Assembly: GCF_006345805.1 (NCBI RefSeq)
Contig: NC_043000.1
Span: forward strand, 102,672,001-102,736,000
Length of the DNA stretch: 64,000 bases
Direction of reading: 5' to 3'
Origin: Octopus sinensis
Taxonomy: Eukaryota
The notes under the pieces were generated by a model. That model did not search any database, was not told the DNA's origin, and was given only the letters and a program-made list of their open reading frames with translations. Below are positions 39,410 to 52,385 of this stretch, piece by piece (position 1 is the stretch's first letter; each line of letters starts with the position of its first letter). The translations under genes and the position numbers were made by a program.

Positions 39410-39625
39410 TTTCATTCATTAGACTGCGGCCACGCTGGAGCACCACCTTGAAGAATTTTGTTTCTTGTTTTAGTTGAATGTATCGACCCCAGTACTTAAT
39501 GTTTTTAAAAACTGATACTTATTCTATCTGTCTCTTTTCCCAAACCATTAAGTTATGGGGACGTAACCACACCAACACCGGTTGTCAAGCGGGGAATGGG
39601 GCAAACACAGACACAAAGGTACACA
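39410..39625 (-). mobile_element. SINE family A, 3' half
   Basis: GACTGCGGCCACGCTGGAGCACCACC...GGGGACGTAACCACACCAAC. Confidence 0.8.
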
Positions 39626-39652
39626 CACATAAATAAATATATATATACACAT

Positions 39653-40045
39653 GCGTGGCTGTGTGGTAAGTAGCTTGCTTACCGACTACATGGTTCCGGG
39701 TTCAGTCCCACTGCGTGGAACCTTGCGCAAGTGTCTTCTATTAGAGGCTCGGGTTGACCAAACCCTTGTGAATGGATTTGGTAGACGAAAATTGAAAGAA
39801 TCCTGTCGTATATATACATGTATATATGTGTCTATGTGCATGCGTGTGTATGTCTGTGTTTGTACCCCCTCTATAGCTTGACAACCGATGTTGTGTGTTT
39901 ATGCTGCCCGTCACTTAGCGGCTCGGCAAAAGAGAACGATAGAATAAGTACTAGGCTTATAAACAATAAGTCCCGGGGTCGATTTGTTCGACTAAAAGCG
40001 GTGCTCCAGCATGGCTGCAGTCAAATGACTGAAACAGAGAAAAGA
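39653..40045 (+). mobile_element. SINE family A, full length
   Basis: Matches the family A head, body and tail. Confidence 0.9.
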
Positions 40046-40053
40046 ATGCATAT

Positions 40054-40212
40054 ACGACGGGCTTCTTTCAGTTTCCGTCTACCAAATCCACTCACAAGGC
40101 TTTGGTTGGCCCGATGCTATAGTAGAAGACACTTGCTCAAGGTATCACGCAGTGGAACTGAACCCGGAACCATGTGGTTGGTGAGCAAGCTACTTACCAC
40201 ACAGCCATTCCT
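40054..40212 (-). mobile_element. SINE family A, 5' half, inverted relative to its neighbour
   Basis: Reverse complement of the family A head. Confidence 0.85.
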
Positions 40213-40475
40213 GTCCTACAGTATATATATATATATATATTACGTAAGTGATGTATTCGTTAATAGGCGAAACCGGTTTGCGATTAATTCTTGTTTTTTA
40301 TATAATTTTCATCTGTCTTGCCCGCCTATTGTTCTGATGTCCGCTGAATTTTTCTCTAGAGAACATTCTTTCTTTGTAGTTTGATCGTAGGTGATCTACT
40401 TCTAGCATATGGCTGTCCACATAGTGGTTTTTAGCCCTTTAAATATACATATATATATATATATATAACATATAT

Positions 40476-41331
40476 ATAATGTTCCAATAATTTTACTGAA
40501 ACACAACAAACCGAAAATTCACATTCAAGACGAAGCTAATTCCTCATCAGTCATCGTCCAAAAGATTATAACAATTTCGTGCCTATAACAATCATATTGT
40601 TCACTTTCGGTGGCGCCAACGCTGAGAAGCCACTGGGGATAGCCAACGAACGTACACGACAATGACAAAGATAAACACGACAAAATGTGGATATTCAAAC
40701 ATGTTGCACCAGCATGGCCGCGGTTTAATGACTGAAACATAAAAAAGTAAAAGATATGCAACGAAAGAAGGGCGTGCGGCCTCAAGACGGGCAAATGTAG
40801 GGTAACGCAAAGGAAAATGTGCTGTAAGACTGGAAACGGGGAGAGGGACGGATGGAAAGTCAGAATGAAAGGTGAAGAAAATAAACCGTGTAAAAAAGGT
40901 GGAGGAGTAGAGAGAAACGTGACTGATCGTGTCAAAGGTGAGCCGAAAAAGGAAATGGACGAGAGAGATGTGAATGGTCTCGGTCACGAAGTTGTGGGAG
41001 GAGAGGGAAAAAGTGGTGGAAGGCAGAGGAACAGAAGTAACACAGAGAGAAGTGTTAGAGAGGGAGAGAGAGAGAAAGAGAGGGAGAGGAAGACAAAAAA
41101 GATAGAAACAGACGTCGCGCAAAAACTATTCTACTGAATATTCTACAGAATGAGTAAAAAATAATATGAAAGTAAGTGGCGATACTTTAAATAATATGTC
41201 AAAAATTTAACAGAAACACAACAAACGTAAAATTCACATACAAGTCGTAGCTAATTCCCCACCAGTCATTGTCCATAAGACCATAACAATTTCGCGCCTA
41301 CAACGATGATATTGTTCACTTCTGGTGGCGC
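40476..41331. repeat. Diverged ~140-bp direct repeat pair (40476-40617; 41190-41331)
   Basis: Both read GAAACACAACAAAC...AAATTCACAT.CAAG...GCTAATTCC...ATATTGTTCACTT...GGTGGCGC. Confidence 0.75.
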
Positions 41332-41679
41332 ACGCATACGTACATGTATGATCTATTGGTCGGTCTCTCCCAACAATTCATTCATACGCTTTTCAGATAC
41401 AGAACATTGATAAACTTAGCTGTATAAGAATAACTTTAATAATTTTAGTTTTGTTTGTTTATTGTTTTTCCTTCGTATTTTATTTATTGTTTTATTTTTT
41501 TATCTAAATTAATTGTTTGTTGTGACACAAGAAATGTCTAGCATTTTTCATTAGATATTGTATCGAAATCTGACATTCCAGCTATGTAAGGAACAGAAAG
41601 GAAGAGACTGAGAGAGAGGGGGGTTGAGGGAGAGGGAGAGAGAGAGAGAGAGAAAGAGAGAGAAGAAAGTAGTATTTAT

Positions 41680-41756
41680 TGTCATCGTGGTGGTCATCAT
41701 CGCCATTGTTGTCGTCCTCATCATTGTCATATGAGTTGTCGATGTCAGCTTCAACC

Positions 41757-41801
<45 letters not shown>

Positions 41802-41941
41802 CCATAGCCAGCTTATTAATCATCATCGTCATCACTTTTTCATTGCCGATGTCGTCATTGTCGTCGCTTTCGTTGTCATCATCAACATGGTCGTCGTCAT
41901 CGTCGTCGTTATCATCGTCGTCATCCTCATCCTCATCCTCC

Positions 41942-41973
<32 letters not shown>

Positions 41974-42035
41974 AGCAGCATAACCATTCTCAATATCATC
42001 CTCGTAAACGTCACCATCATCATCATCATTAACAA
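41680..42035. repeat. (CAT)n/(CGT)n/(CAG)n mosaic trinucleotide repeat
   Basis: Direct reading. Confidence 0.9.
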
Positions 42036-42687
42036 CAGCGATATCAGGCCTATTATATGTTTCACTGCAATAATTTTGTCCACGTAATTTATATTTATCT
42101 ACTGATCATAATTTTTTTTATTTAATTAAATTGCTGTTATTGTTATTTAGTTGGAAATGATTCAAAGGCCTTCTTACAACCCTTGGTTGTACCCTAGTTC
42201 AAGCGAAGACTAAGACTGGGCCCCCAATACATGAAATACAACCAGGCGCTCTAATTTCTCTGCTAGTCAGGCAGTAGAGTGGGTGAAACGTATTCCTTTG
42301 CACCCTGTATAGCAGGGGTCCCCAACCACCAGGACACAGACCAGTATCGCACCGCAGATCACTTGGTGTCGGGCGGCAAGGAGAGAATACATTTTATAAT
42401 TTTACTTTTATTTTATCGATTATCACAGTCTGTAGAGTCTTTTACATGGTGCGTGCGCACCCCGTCCCCATAGATACACACATGTATGTGTGTGTGAGTT
42501 GTGTGTGTGTGTGTGTGTGTGTGTGCGCGTGTGTGTGTGTGTGTGTGTGTGTGTGAGGCAAAAACATATATATAATGCAAATACAATTTAATGTCACCTG
42601 GGTATCTGGGCAATGAAGTTATAACGTCCATTTCAAAGCTCCTCGACTATTATCGGCTACCATATATTATCTTACACCAGGAATATG

Positions 42688-42840
42688 GGCTTGTTTCAGT
42701 TTCCATCTACCAAATCCATTTACAAGGCTTTGGTCGGCCCGAGGCTATAGTAGAAGACACCTGTCCAAGGTTCCGCGCAGTGGTACTGATCCCGGAGTCA
42801 TGCAGTTGGGAAGAAAGCTTCTTACCACACAGCCACGCCT
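42688..42840 (-). mobile_element. SINE family A, 5' half
   Basis: GGGCTTGTTTCAGTTTCC...CTTACCACACAGCCACGCC. Confidence 0.8.
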
Positions 42841-43785
42841 GTGCTTATATAACAATAAATATTTGAAGTTTTGGTACAAAGGGCTGCAATTTTAAAGGGT
42901 CTGTGGTTACTGGATGATATTGAACACAGTACTTAAATGATACTTTATTTTATCACACCTGATAAGAGGAAAAGCAAACTTAACTTCGGCGGAAGTTAAG
43001 GAGGCAGAGCTCTTTAACTTAAGAGAGCCAGAGAAAATGCCGCTAAGCATTTTGTCCGATACGCTAATAGTTCTGTCAGCTCATAGCCTTTGAAATAATA
43101 ATGTTTTTTCCTACCAACAAGGGCCCAACACATTGAGGACAATATAAAGGGACGAAATATTTGGCAGGTACGGTGAGGTTTGCATCAATCAAATGGAAAT
43201 CAACAACTATTAAGATATAACAGAAGATATACAAAAATAGAATTTTAAAAAAACTTAACAAGAAAAATATCTCCCTAGCAGGGTACTCCAGAAGGTAAAT
43301 CGGGGGAAATCCTATACAAGAAGGTTTGGATTACTTTGACATCTCCAAGGCATCGAAAGTACCAAAGTATCCTCTCCCTATTCTTTCCCTCTTACGTAGG
43401 GCATACTGAGGGTTGGCTCATTCAGATTTACCAGCCATGCTGCTGTCTTCCACCTTTGGATAGATACACTAGAAGGCACTTCTTCCCTCTCTACCCTCTT
43501 CAAGTGGTACTTAAAGAAGGTGATGAGAGCTTGGCCAGATAGGAAAATACCTATCGTCAAACCTTTCAGACGAATCCACCACTTGATGATGATGATGATG
43601 ACAACGACGACGATGATGATGATTTTTTTTTTTTTATTTAGCTCAAGAGCAGCACAGATTCAATATTACTACTATATATACAACACAGAGAAAGCGACAA
43701 AAGAATGCGTATCTCATTTCAATGCTAGATTGTAATGGATTCATTAATACACTAACTTATTCTTTGTTTTCGCCTTCTTTTGAAG

Positions 43786-43942
43786 GTGGCATGGCTGTGT
43801 GGTTACGAAGCTCGTTTTGTAGCCACGTAATTTCGGGTTCAGTCTCACTGCGCTGCACCTTGGGCTAGTGTCTTCTACTATAGCTCCAGGCCAACCAATG
43901 TCTTGTGAATGAATTCGGGTGACGGAATCTGTATAGAAGCCC

Positions 43943-43945
<3 letters not shown>
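43786..43945 (+). mobile_element. SINE family A, 5' half
   Basis: TGGCTGTGTGGTTACGAAGCT...GAAGCCCG. Confidence 0.8.
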
Positions 43946-43978
<33 letters not shown>

Positions 43979-43979
<1 letters not shown>

Positions 43980-44362
43980 TTTTGACTGCGGCCATGCTGG
44001 AGCACCGCCTTTTAATCGAGCAACTCGACCCCGGGACTTATTCTTTGTAAGCCCAGTTTTATTCTATCGGTCTCTTTTGCCGAACCGCTAAGTGACGGGG
44101 ACATAAACACACCAGCATCGGTTGCCAAGCAATGCTAGGGGGACAAACACAGACACACAAACATACACGCACACACATATATATATATATACATATATAC
44201 GACGGGCTTCTTTCAGTTTCCGTCTACCAAATCCACTCACAAGGCTTTGGTCAGCCCGAGGCTATAGTAGAAGACTCTTGCCCAAGGTGCCACACAGTGG
44301 GACTGAACCCGGAACCGTGTAGTTGGTAAACAAGCTGCTTACCACACAGCCACTCCTGCGCC
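43979..44362 (-). mobile_element. SINE family A, near full length
   Basis: Reverse complement of the family A consensus. Confidence 0.9.
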
Positions 44363-44363
44363 T

Positions 44364-44436
<73 letters not shown>

Positions 44437-44554
44437 GAATTATATATATATATATATATATAATATAATAGATATCTATATATATAATATATAATATATA
44501 TATATATATATATCATATTATATATATATTATATATATATAATATATATATACT

Positions 44555-44765
44555 TGGAAAGGATGCGAGGCGTTCAATCATATAATAATATAAATAAAAT
44601 ATATATAGGCATATGATGTACATACTGACATATATATGCCATGTTGTCGTGAATTGCGCGAAATGTGGAGTAGATTAACAGCTGACAACTGATGAAGTGT
44701 CGTTCTTTATGTTACATGTCTCGTTTTCCATTTGTTTCTCTCGTTGTTCGCAAAAAAGTCCAATG
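44555..44765. mobile_element. Family P fragments in opposite orientations
   Basis: 44555-44640 matches 5345-5430; 44660-44765 matches the opposite strand (GAAATGTGGAGTA...GACAACTGATGAAG). Confidence 0.5.
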
Positions 44766-44844
44766 AATGTATCAAATAAAAATATAAAAGATTTATTTTT
44801 GCCTCTATATCTTTTATATATTTATCAGCTTAACATTGGTTTGG

Positions 44845-45202
44845 GAGTGGTTCTCAACCGGGGTTCCATATGGCCCCTGAGGGTCAATATAAGATTTTGG
44901 GAGCTCCACATAATAAAATAGTAAATTAGGGATCCACAAAAGTATTTTATGGGGCCCTGAAATAATTTTGCTTTTGATGTATGTATTGGTATGTATTGCA
45001 AGAAATAGTGAGGTTTCTTTCTCTAAAAATTTACGTAGTTCATCATATACAAGTTAAAGTGTGAAAAACAAAATAGGAATTTTGAAAGAAGTACCTATAA
45101 AACTAGTTTTTAAACACTGAATGGCTTTGGGGGTCCATCTGAATGAAAAAAATAATCAAAGAAGTCCATAGGTAAAAAAAAAAAAAAGGTTGAGAAGACA
45201 CG
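44845..45202. mobile_element. hAT-type MITE, same family as 3680-4006, opposite orientation
   Basis: GAGTGGTTCTCAACC ... GTCCATAGGTAAAAA...GGTTGAGAAGACACG; the subterminal sequence is the reverse complement of that in 3680-4006. No clear TSD. Confidence 0.65.
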
Positions 45203-45790
45203 GTTAGAATGACCAAGTTAGTTATTATCTTCTGAAAACTCAGAAAGAAACAACCGTCCCACACAAAAGAAGTCAAAAACCCATAGGAACAAGAACTAAT
45301 TCAGAAATTCTGTTTATACTGTGTCACTGAATAAATAAATGACAGAACAACGCGGGAACATAAAAAAAATTAGAAAGATCTGTTTTAAGGGAGCGTAAAG
45401 AGTCTACGTTATAGAAAATTCTTCATAGGTCTAAAATAATTTAATACAACCACCATTAAAAATACCAGCAGGTTTATAGAACAATGTGGGTGGAGTTCGG
45501 AGATAGTTGCTGAATTCCAGGACCAGACTGTACAGTATTATAACCAACCCTTTTTTTTTTATCAGGATTGGGGTAAGGGTAAAATACCAAAGTGCCAGTG
45601 TCGACGCATCTAAGGAAGAGTCGACATCTGGGTAAGAGCTTACAGCTTTAAAGTTCGTTTCCTCTGGATAACGTGTCAGTGATATTCGCCTTCATGGATG
45701 TCAGTGGTTATTGTGGTCTTACTCATCTGTGAATATATAATCTTTTTCATAATGTCATTGATATATTTACATTTTCATTTCGATTTATGA

Positions 45791-45821
<31 letters not shown>

Positions 45822-45827
45822 CATACA

Positions 45828-45930
<103 letters not shown>

Positions 45931-45993
45931 ATATATGTGTGTATCCTTTTACTAGTTTTAGTCATTGCACTGTGGTCATACTGGAGCACCACC

Positions 45994-46042
<49 letters not shown>

Positions 46043-46149
46043 ATAAATATGCATAGACATATACATGCATACGTATTAGTATATATCTGCATATTAGTTT
46101 ATTTATACATACATACATACATACATACATACATACATACATACATACA

Positions 46150-46181
<32 letters not shown>

Positions 46182-46849
46182 CATACATACGTTAATTTAC
46201 GTAATGTAACTGGTGAGCTTCATACGTGAACAAGAAGTGGTAGGAGAAACAATGTAAGAAGGAAAAAGGAAAGAATAATGGAATAAGGAGAAGCAAGCAG
46301 AGTTGAGAGTTAGATGAAAGGAAGCACTGAGAGGAGGTTGGGTTGTAGGATAAGAAAGAGTTTAAGGAATTAAGAGGTGTTGTAGGATAGCAAAGAAATA
46401 CGTTCATTTACATATCTCAATTGACATGGTGCCAAGTTCCCTCAGTTTCTGAGAGAGTACTGGTCCAGTCTAGATGGGATGAATCTTGCAAATGTCATGG
46501 GTGCTGCACCATCTTTGTAGTTTGTTCATTTTTTAGTCAGAAGGAAAGGTAGCGCCTATGACTCGTTATAGGGCCTTCGAAACTGCTTGGCAGGTGGGAG
46601 GAAAGGACCATCAAACAGAAAACCCGAGTTTCCTATTTGAAGGTACCTTACTTGCAACAGAGTATATTCCGTTAAAGACAAACAAAGTGTCGTGTAGTGG
46701 TGTTAATCCCCGATTTAGTCTACCATCCAAGTACGACATGTTCAGATGGGAACACAGAATGTAAAGAGCCGGAACAAATAATGGAAGATATCCAGCTTGA
46801 TGTCCCTAAAACCGCTAATCAAACAACCAAGATTGATACTTACTTATTT

Positions 46850-47430
46850 TCATCAGTCCCGAAATAATGAAGAGCAAAGCTGAGTTGGGCTGAATTTGAA
46901 CTCAGATCGTCGTGTGTCTGAACAAATACAACATTGCATTCTATCCGACTGTCCTGCGATTCTGTTCTCCTCTGAGTAAATAATTCTTTCAAATTTTGGC
47001 ACGATTTCACCAATATTAGAGAGAATGGTTTTATCGATTACATCAACCTCTGGTACCAACTAATATTTTATCGACCCGAAAGAATGAAAGACAAAGTCAA
47101 CCTCAGCGGAATTTGAACTCAGAACGTAAAGCTCCGGGAAAAATGCTACTAAACATTTTGTCCGACGCGCTAACGATTCTGCCAGGTCAACACTTTCTCT
47201 AAGTAATTAACGATTTCTGATTTAGACTCAAGGCTAGCAATTTTGAGGGAAGACGATTAGTCAACGCTATGTTCCCAGTACTTTACTGCTACATTATTTT
47301 ATCAACCCTGAAAGAGCTGAAAGGCAAAATTGACCTCAGCAGGGTTTGAACTCAGATCGCCATATGTCAGAATAAATACATATAAAGCATTCCGACGGTC
47401 TAATGGCTCTACCAATTCGTCGCCTTCTCT
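46850..47430 (-). mobile_element. Three degenerate SINE family B copies in the same orientation
   Basis: GAATTTGAACTCAGA and GCAAAGTC/TGACCTC motifs recur at ~46890, ~47105 and ~47340. Confidence 0.75.
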
Positions 47431-48315
47431 GAGTAATTAATAAAATGAATATGTTTGTCAGTCATTTCCAATCTTATAATTGAAAGTACCCGACAAAAGG
47501 ATCCGGAATTCTCCTGGGAACAGCTTTGAAAATAACTATGAGTCAGACATGCTAAACTATCTTAGAATCTAATGTATTATCTAGGGTAGCTGTCGTAGAC
47601 GCAATTACGCATGTAAAATAGTGATTGCTTGAGCGATTCTGCAGAAGTCTGATCAACGGTTCGCTGTTACCATGTGGTAACTAATTCAAAGTTGACACTA
47701 TATTAGTTTTGATTGCAAAACCAATTCGTGTCTATTTTCGTATTCCGTAACTTAATCTCTTTTAGTTGTCCAGCATCAATAAGACGAGTTTTAGAGAAGG
47801 CAGCAATATCAAAAGAGTAACTTCTAAGTTCTTTACCTACAAAAGAGCAGTTTTTTCGCTCAGGCAAACTCATCCTTTAAGAGTGTCGATATAGCGTACG
47901 CTTTTAGGACCTTTGAATACATGTGTGTATGGGGAGGCGTGTATATTCAAATGCGTGCATGCGTGTATGTATATGTAATACATATACAAATGTGTGTGTG
48001 TGTGTGTGTGTGTCACCCACGCAGCCACACGCACACTTACACACAAACACCCCGCTCCAAATCACTTAAGTTTAGTGGACGTAGAACATGACCTCATTAT
48101 CATATGCATATGTGTGCGTGGTTGTGCCTATGTATATGTATGCATATGTGTGATATGTATCCATCCACATATAGATATATATATACATAAATTAATACAT
48201 ACATATATACACACACACACATATATACATACACACACATATTTACATATAATTGTGTATGTGTATGCATACTCAAACGAGAGTGTGTATGTATATCTAT
48301 CTATCTATCTATCTT

Positions 48316-48362
<47 letters not shown>

Positions 48363-48384
48363 GTCTTTCTCTCTCTCTCTCTGT

Positions 48385-48426
<42 letters not shown>

Positions 48427-48518
48427 AAACAGAAAGCAGTGTAAACTGTGAAACCTGTTAAAACTTCAACTATTTTAATAAAAAATATTTTAACTATTTT
48501 CACTGCATTTCCAACTTC

Positions 48519-49058
48519 GGATCTTTTCAATTGTGTGGCCAGGAGCCCAGATCTTTCTACTTAACTAAATAATTTGAAACTTCGTATGCTGGTACAGTGT
48601 TTCAAAACAAGACACAGGTTGGAACTAGTTTATTTGAGAAAAATCTATTTTATGACTTTAATCGTAGATTAAAACTGCGAATTTTAACCAATGAGATTGC
48701 TTGTTTTCATATTTAATACGTTACTGCATTCTGTTAGTGTGACGTAGAAAGCAGTTTTGTGACGTAGGCAACTGTGCACATTTGAGGCTAACATACATAG
48801 ATACATACACACACACACATACATACAGATACACATACACCGAGTATTCACTCGAAAAAACTAAACACTGAATCGGCCATACATACATACACACACACAC
48901 ATACATACACGCACACACATACATAGATACACACACACACACACACATGCACACACATACATACAGATACACATACACCGAGTATTCACTCGAAAAAACT
49001 AAACACCGAATCGGCCATACATACATACATACATACACACACATACATACACACTCAT

Positions 49059-49091
<33 letters not shown>

Positions 49092-49457
49092 CATACACAC
49101 ATACATACATACATTCATACATACATTCATACATACATACATTCATACATATACACATACACCGAGTAAAAAATTTCATCGTTATTGTTTTGTTTACATT
49201 TGTTTACATACCATATGTTTACTACGTCACCAAATTGGTGGTCGAGACGGAGTAAATAATATGAAGCCGAAAGACGGAATACCATTGGTTAAAATTCTAA
49301 TTATTAAACAATGTTAAACTTAGAAGTTACAATTCCGTTTTCATTCTGGTTTACAATTAAGTTTACTTTTGACACATTCTACCAGTATACGAAGTTTCAA
49401 ATTGTTTGGTTCAGTAGGAAAAATTTGAAAAAACTGGCTTCACAAATGAAAAGATCC
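48519..49457. mobile_element. Foldback/MITE-like element with long imperfect inverted arms, copy 1
   Basis: Inverted blocks at 48519-48535/49441-49457, 48571-48594/49380-49403 and 48679-48693/49283-49297; the centre is microsatellite-rich. True termini and TSD were not resolved. Confidence 0.7.
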
Positions 49458-49696
49458 CCAACTTCTATTTTTCCTGTATTTCTACCCGTGTGAAAAAAAA
49501 AATCTTTGTTTTCTATGTGTGTGTTGTGTGTGTGCGCGCGCGCGCGCGTTTGTGTGTGTGCGTGTGTGCGCGTGTGTGTACATATATAAACGAAGAATGA
49601 ATGTAAAAATGTATTACGCAGGATATATCGTAAACAATTCAAAATTATTTACGAATATATCAGTCGCCAGAACATTCAATCAAAATCTTTTTCATA

Positions 49697-50038
49697 AAAG
49701 AATAGTGTACAATTGTGAATAAATCACAATTATAATGGAGAGTGTTATAAAAACCCTAACATACCTAGAAATAGCAGTCAAAACCGTTATAAAGTCACTA
49801 TAAACGTTCATATTATATCTACTCAACGATAAAAGCTGTCGGCGAGCGACATGATGTTAAAATTAAAAACTTAGGAGTGGCTGTGTGGTAAGTAGCTTGC
49901 TAACCAACCACATGGTTCCGGGTTCAATCCCACTGCGTGGCATCTTGGGCAAGTGTCTTCTGCTATAGCCCCGGGCCGACCAATGCCTTGTGAATGGATT
50001 CGGTAGACGGAAACTGAAAGAAGCCTGTCGTATATATG

Positions 50039-50071
<33 letters not shown>

Positions 50072-50423
50072 TTGTGTGTCTGTATTTGTCCCCCTAACAT
50101 TGCTTGACAACCGATGCTGGTGTGTTTACGTCCTCGTCACTTAGCGGTTCGGCAAAAGAGACCGATAGAATAAGTACTGGGCTTACAAAGAATAAGTCCC
50201 GGGGTCGATTTGCTCGACTGAAGGCGGTGCTCCAGCATGGCCGCAGTCAAATGACTGAAACAAGTAAAAGAGTAAAGAGTAAACTAAAAGGTTAGTCCTC
50301 TACTGCAATTTCGAAGTTATAGTGGCTTTATAGCGGTTTTGACTGCCATTTCTAGGCATGTAAGGGATTTTGTAACCCTCTCCGTTATAATTGTGATTTA
50401 TTCACATTTATACACTCTTCTTT
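49697..50423. repeat. Diverged inverted repeat (107-bp arms) enclosing a SINE
   Basis: 49697-49803 matches the reverse complement of 50317-50423 with scattered substitutions. Confidence 0.8.
49873..50283 (+). mobile_element. SINE family A, full length (tRNA-like head, CORE-like segment, internal microsatellite, LINE-like tail)
   Basis: A-box-like TGGCTGTGTGG and B-box-like GGTTCAATCCC; GGCATCTTGGGCAAGTGTC segment; tail GGCGGTGCTCCAGCATGGCCGCAG...GAAACAAGTAAAAGAG. Confidence 0.9.
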
Positions 50424-50431
50424 ATATATAT

Positions 50432-50790
50432 AGGCGCAGGAGTGGCTGTGTGGTAAGTAGCTTGCTTACCAACCACATGGTTCCGGTTTCAGTCCCACTG
50501 CATGGCACTTTGGGCAAGTATCTTCTACTATAGCCTTGGGCTGACCAAAGCCTTGTGAGTGGATTTGGTAGACGGAAACTGAAAGAAGCCCGTCGTATAT
50601 ATGTATGTATATATATATATATGTATGTGTGTCTGGTGGTGTGTTTACGTCCCTGTAAATTAGCAGTTCGGCAAAAGAGACCGATAGAATAAGTGCTAGG
50701 CTTACAAAGAATAAGTCCTGGGGTCGATTTTCTCGACAAAAGGCGATGCTCCAGCATAGCCGCAGTCAAAGACTGAAACAAGTAAAAGAG
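50432..50790 (+). mobile_element. SINE family A, near full length (internal deletion)
   Basis: Same head and tail as 49873-50283. Confidence 0.9.
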
Positions 50791-50817
50791 AGAGTATATA
50801 TGTGTGTGTGTGTGTGA

Positions 50818-50818
50818 C

Positions 50819-50868
<50 letters not shown>

Positions 50869-50893
50869 CAGATAGACAGACAGACAGACAGAC

Positions 50894-50986
<93 letters not shown>
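50818..50986. repeat. (GATA)n/(GACA)n repeat
   Basis: Direct reading. Confidence 0.95.
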
Positions 50987-51409
50987 TGAAAACTATGATA
51001 ATCATAAAATGCAGTTTATATCATTTGGTCCCTGCGTATGTTTCACCATTGGACGTTACACAGCACGTGAAGTGTGTAAACATGAAGTAATAAAGTGCTT
51101 CCCTGAAGAACTATTGTTGTGGTCAAGAACCCCATTGCATTTTGAACGCCCACTGCAGAGAATGCAAATAACTGCAATGGCGAAACGCAAGTAGGGAACA
51201 AATGATACAAGCTGCATCATATGTTTATCAAAGTTTTTTTTTTCTTTCTTTTGCTCTGTATATTATAATCAGTTAATCTGCTATGTACAATAGTAGCAAC
51301 CACACCACTTTACTTTAAGTAGATTGGGTATTAATACTTAATGTGGAGCTTTAAAATCATCAGTAATAGTCGAACATCTAACTACACAAATGGAATTTAC
51401 TGTGTGGAA

Positions 51410-51822
51410 GGCGGCGAGCTGGCAGAAACGTTAGCACGCCGGGCGAAATGCGTAGCCGTATTTCGTCTACCGTTACGTTCTGAGTTCAAATTCCGCCTAG
51501 GTCGACTTTGCCTTTCATCCTTTCGGGGTCGATAAATTAAATACCAGTTACGCACTGGGGTCGATGTAATCGACTTAATCCCTTTGTCTGTCCTTGTTTG
51601 TCCCCTCTATGTTTAGCCCCTTGTAGGTAGTAAAGAAATAGGTATTTCGTCTGCCGTTACGTTCTGAGTTCAAATTCCGCCGAGGTCGACTTTGCCTTTC
51701 ATCCTTTCGGGGTCGATAAATTAAGTACCAGTTATGCACTGGGATCGATGTTATAGACTTAATCCATTTGTCTGTCCTTGTTTGTTCCCTCTGTGTTTAG
51801 CCCCTTGTGGGTAGTAAAGAAA
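51410..51822 (+). mobile_element. SINE family B, dimeric
   Basis: Head GGCGGCGAGCTGGCAGAAACGTTAGC with B-box GAGTTCAAATTCC; body GCCTTTCATCCTTTCGGGGTCGATAAATTAAGTACCAG. A second headless unit starts at 51641. Confidence 0.9.
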
Positions 51823-52179
51823 CAGAAATGAAATATACTGTGTGTGTGTGCGTGCGTCGCGTGCGTCTGTGTCGCAGACTTTAGTATCTTTTCTGTTATA
51901 TTGTTCTGCACCAATTGCATTAATTGTGGTTTCTGCAATCAGGGGAGGACGAGGATCTTGCTTTTCTTTACTTTTCCCTGTTCCACTTTTTGCATCAACC
52001 TTCTTCGCATTTTTTCTCTTCCTTCGGTGTGTTACAATTCATGAAATCTCTTAGGAAGGTGATGAGTGAAACCCTTCTTCCTCTGATTAATTTTTACTAC
52101 TTATCATGTCACTCGTTCTAAAACATATAGTGTCACCCTCAAGAGAAAAAAAATTATGAAATCTTTTATCTTTTAGCTT

Positions 52180-52385
52180 TTACTTGCTTCGGTCATTAGA
52201 CTGCGGCCATGCAGGAGCACCGCCTTAGGGAATTTTTAATCAGATGAATCGACCCCAGTACTTTTTCTTTTTTAAGTCTAGTACTTATTCTATCGATCTC
52301 TTTTGCCGAACCACTCAGTTACGGGGACGTAAACATACGAGCACCGGTTTTCAAGCGGTGGGGGCGGGGGACAAACACAGACTCA
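52180..52385 (-). mobile_element. SINE family A, 3' half
   Basis: GACTGCGGCCATGCAGGAGCACCGCC...GGGGACAAACACAGAC. Confidence 0.8.

Noticed and set aside
46540-46592. Hairpin followed by GAAA
   Set aside because: No CUGANGA core and no stem I.
51149-51196. Hammerhead-like CUGCAGA...GAAA CGCAAG UA
   Set aside because: A6 is changed, the stem I junction is mismatched, stem II is irregular, and there is no repeat context; compatible with chance.
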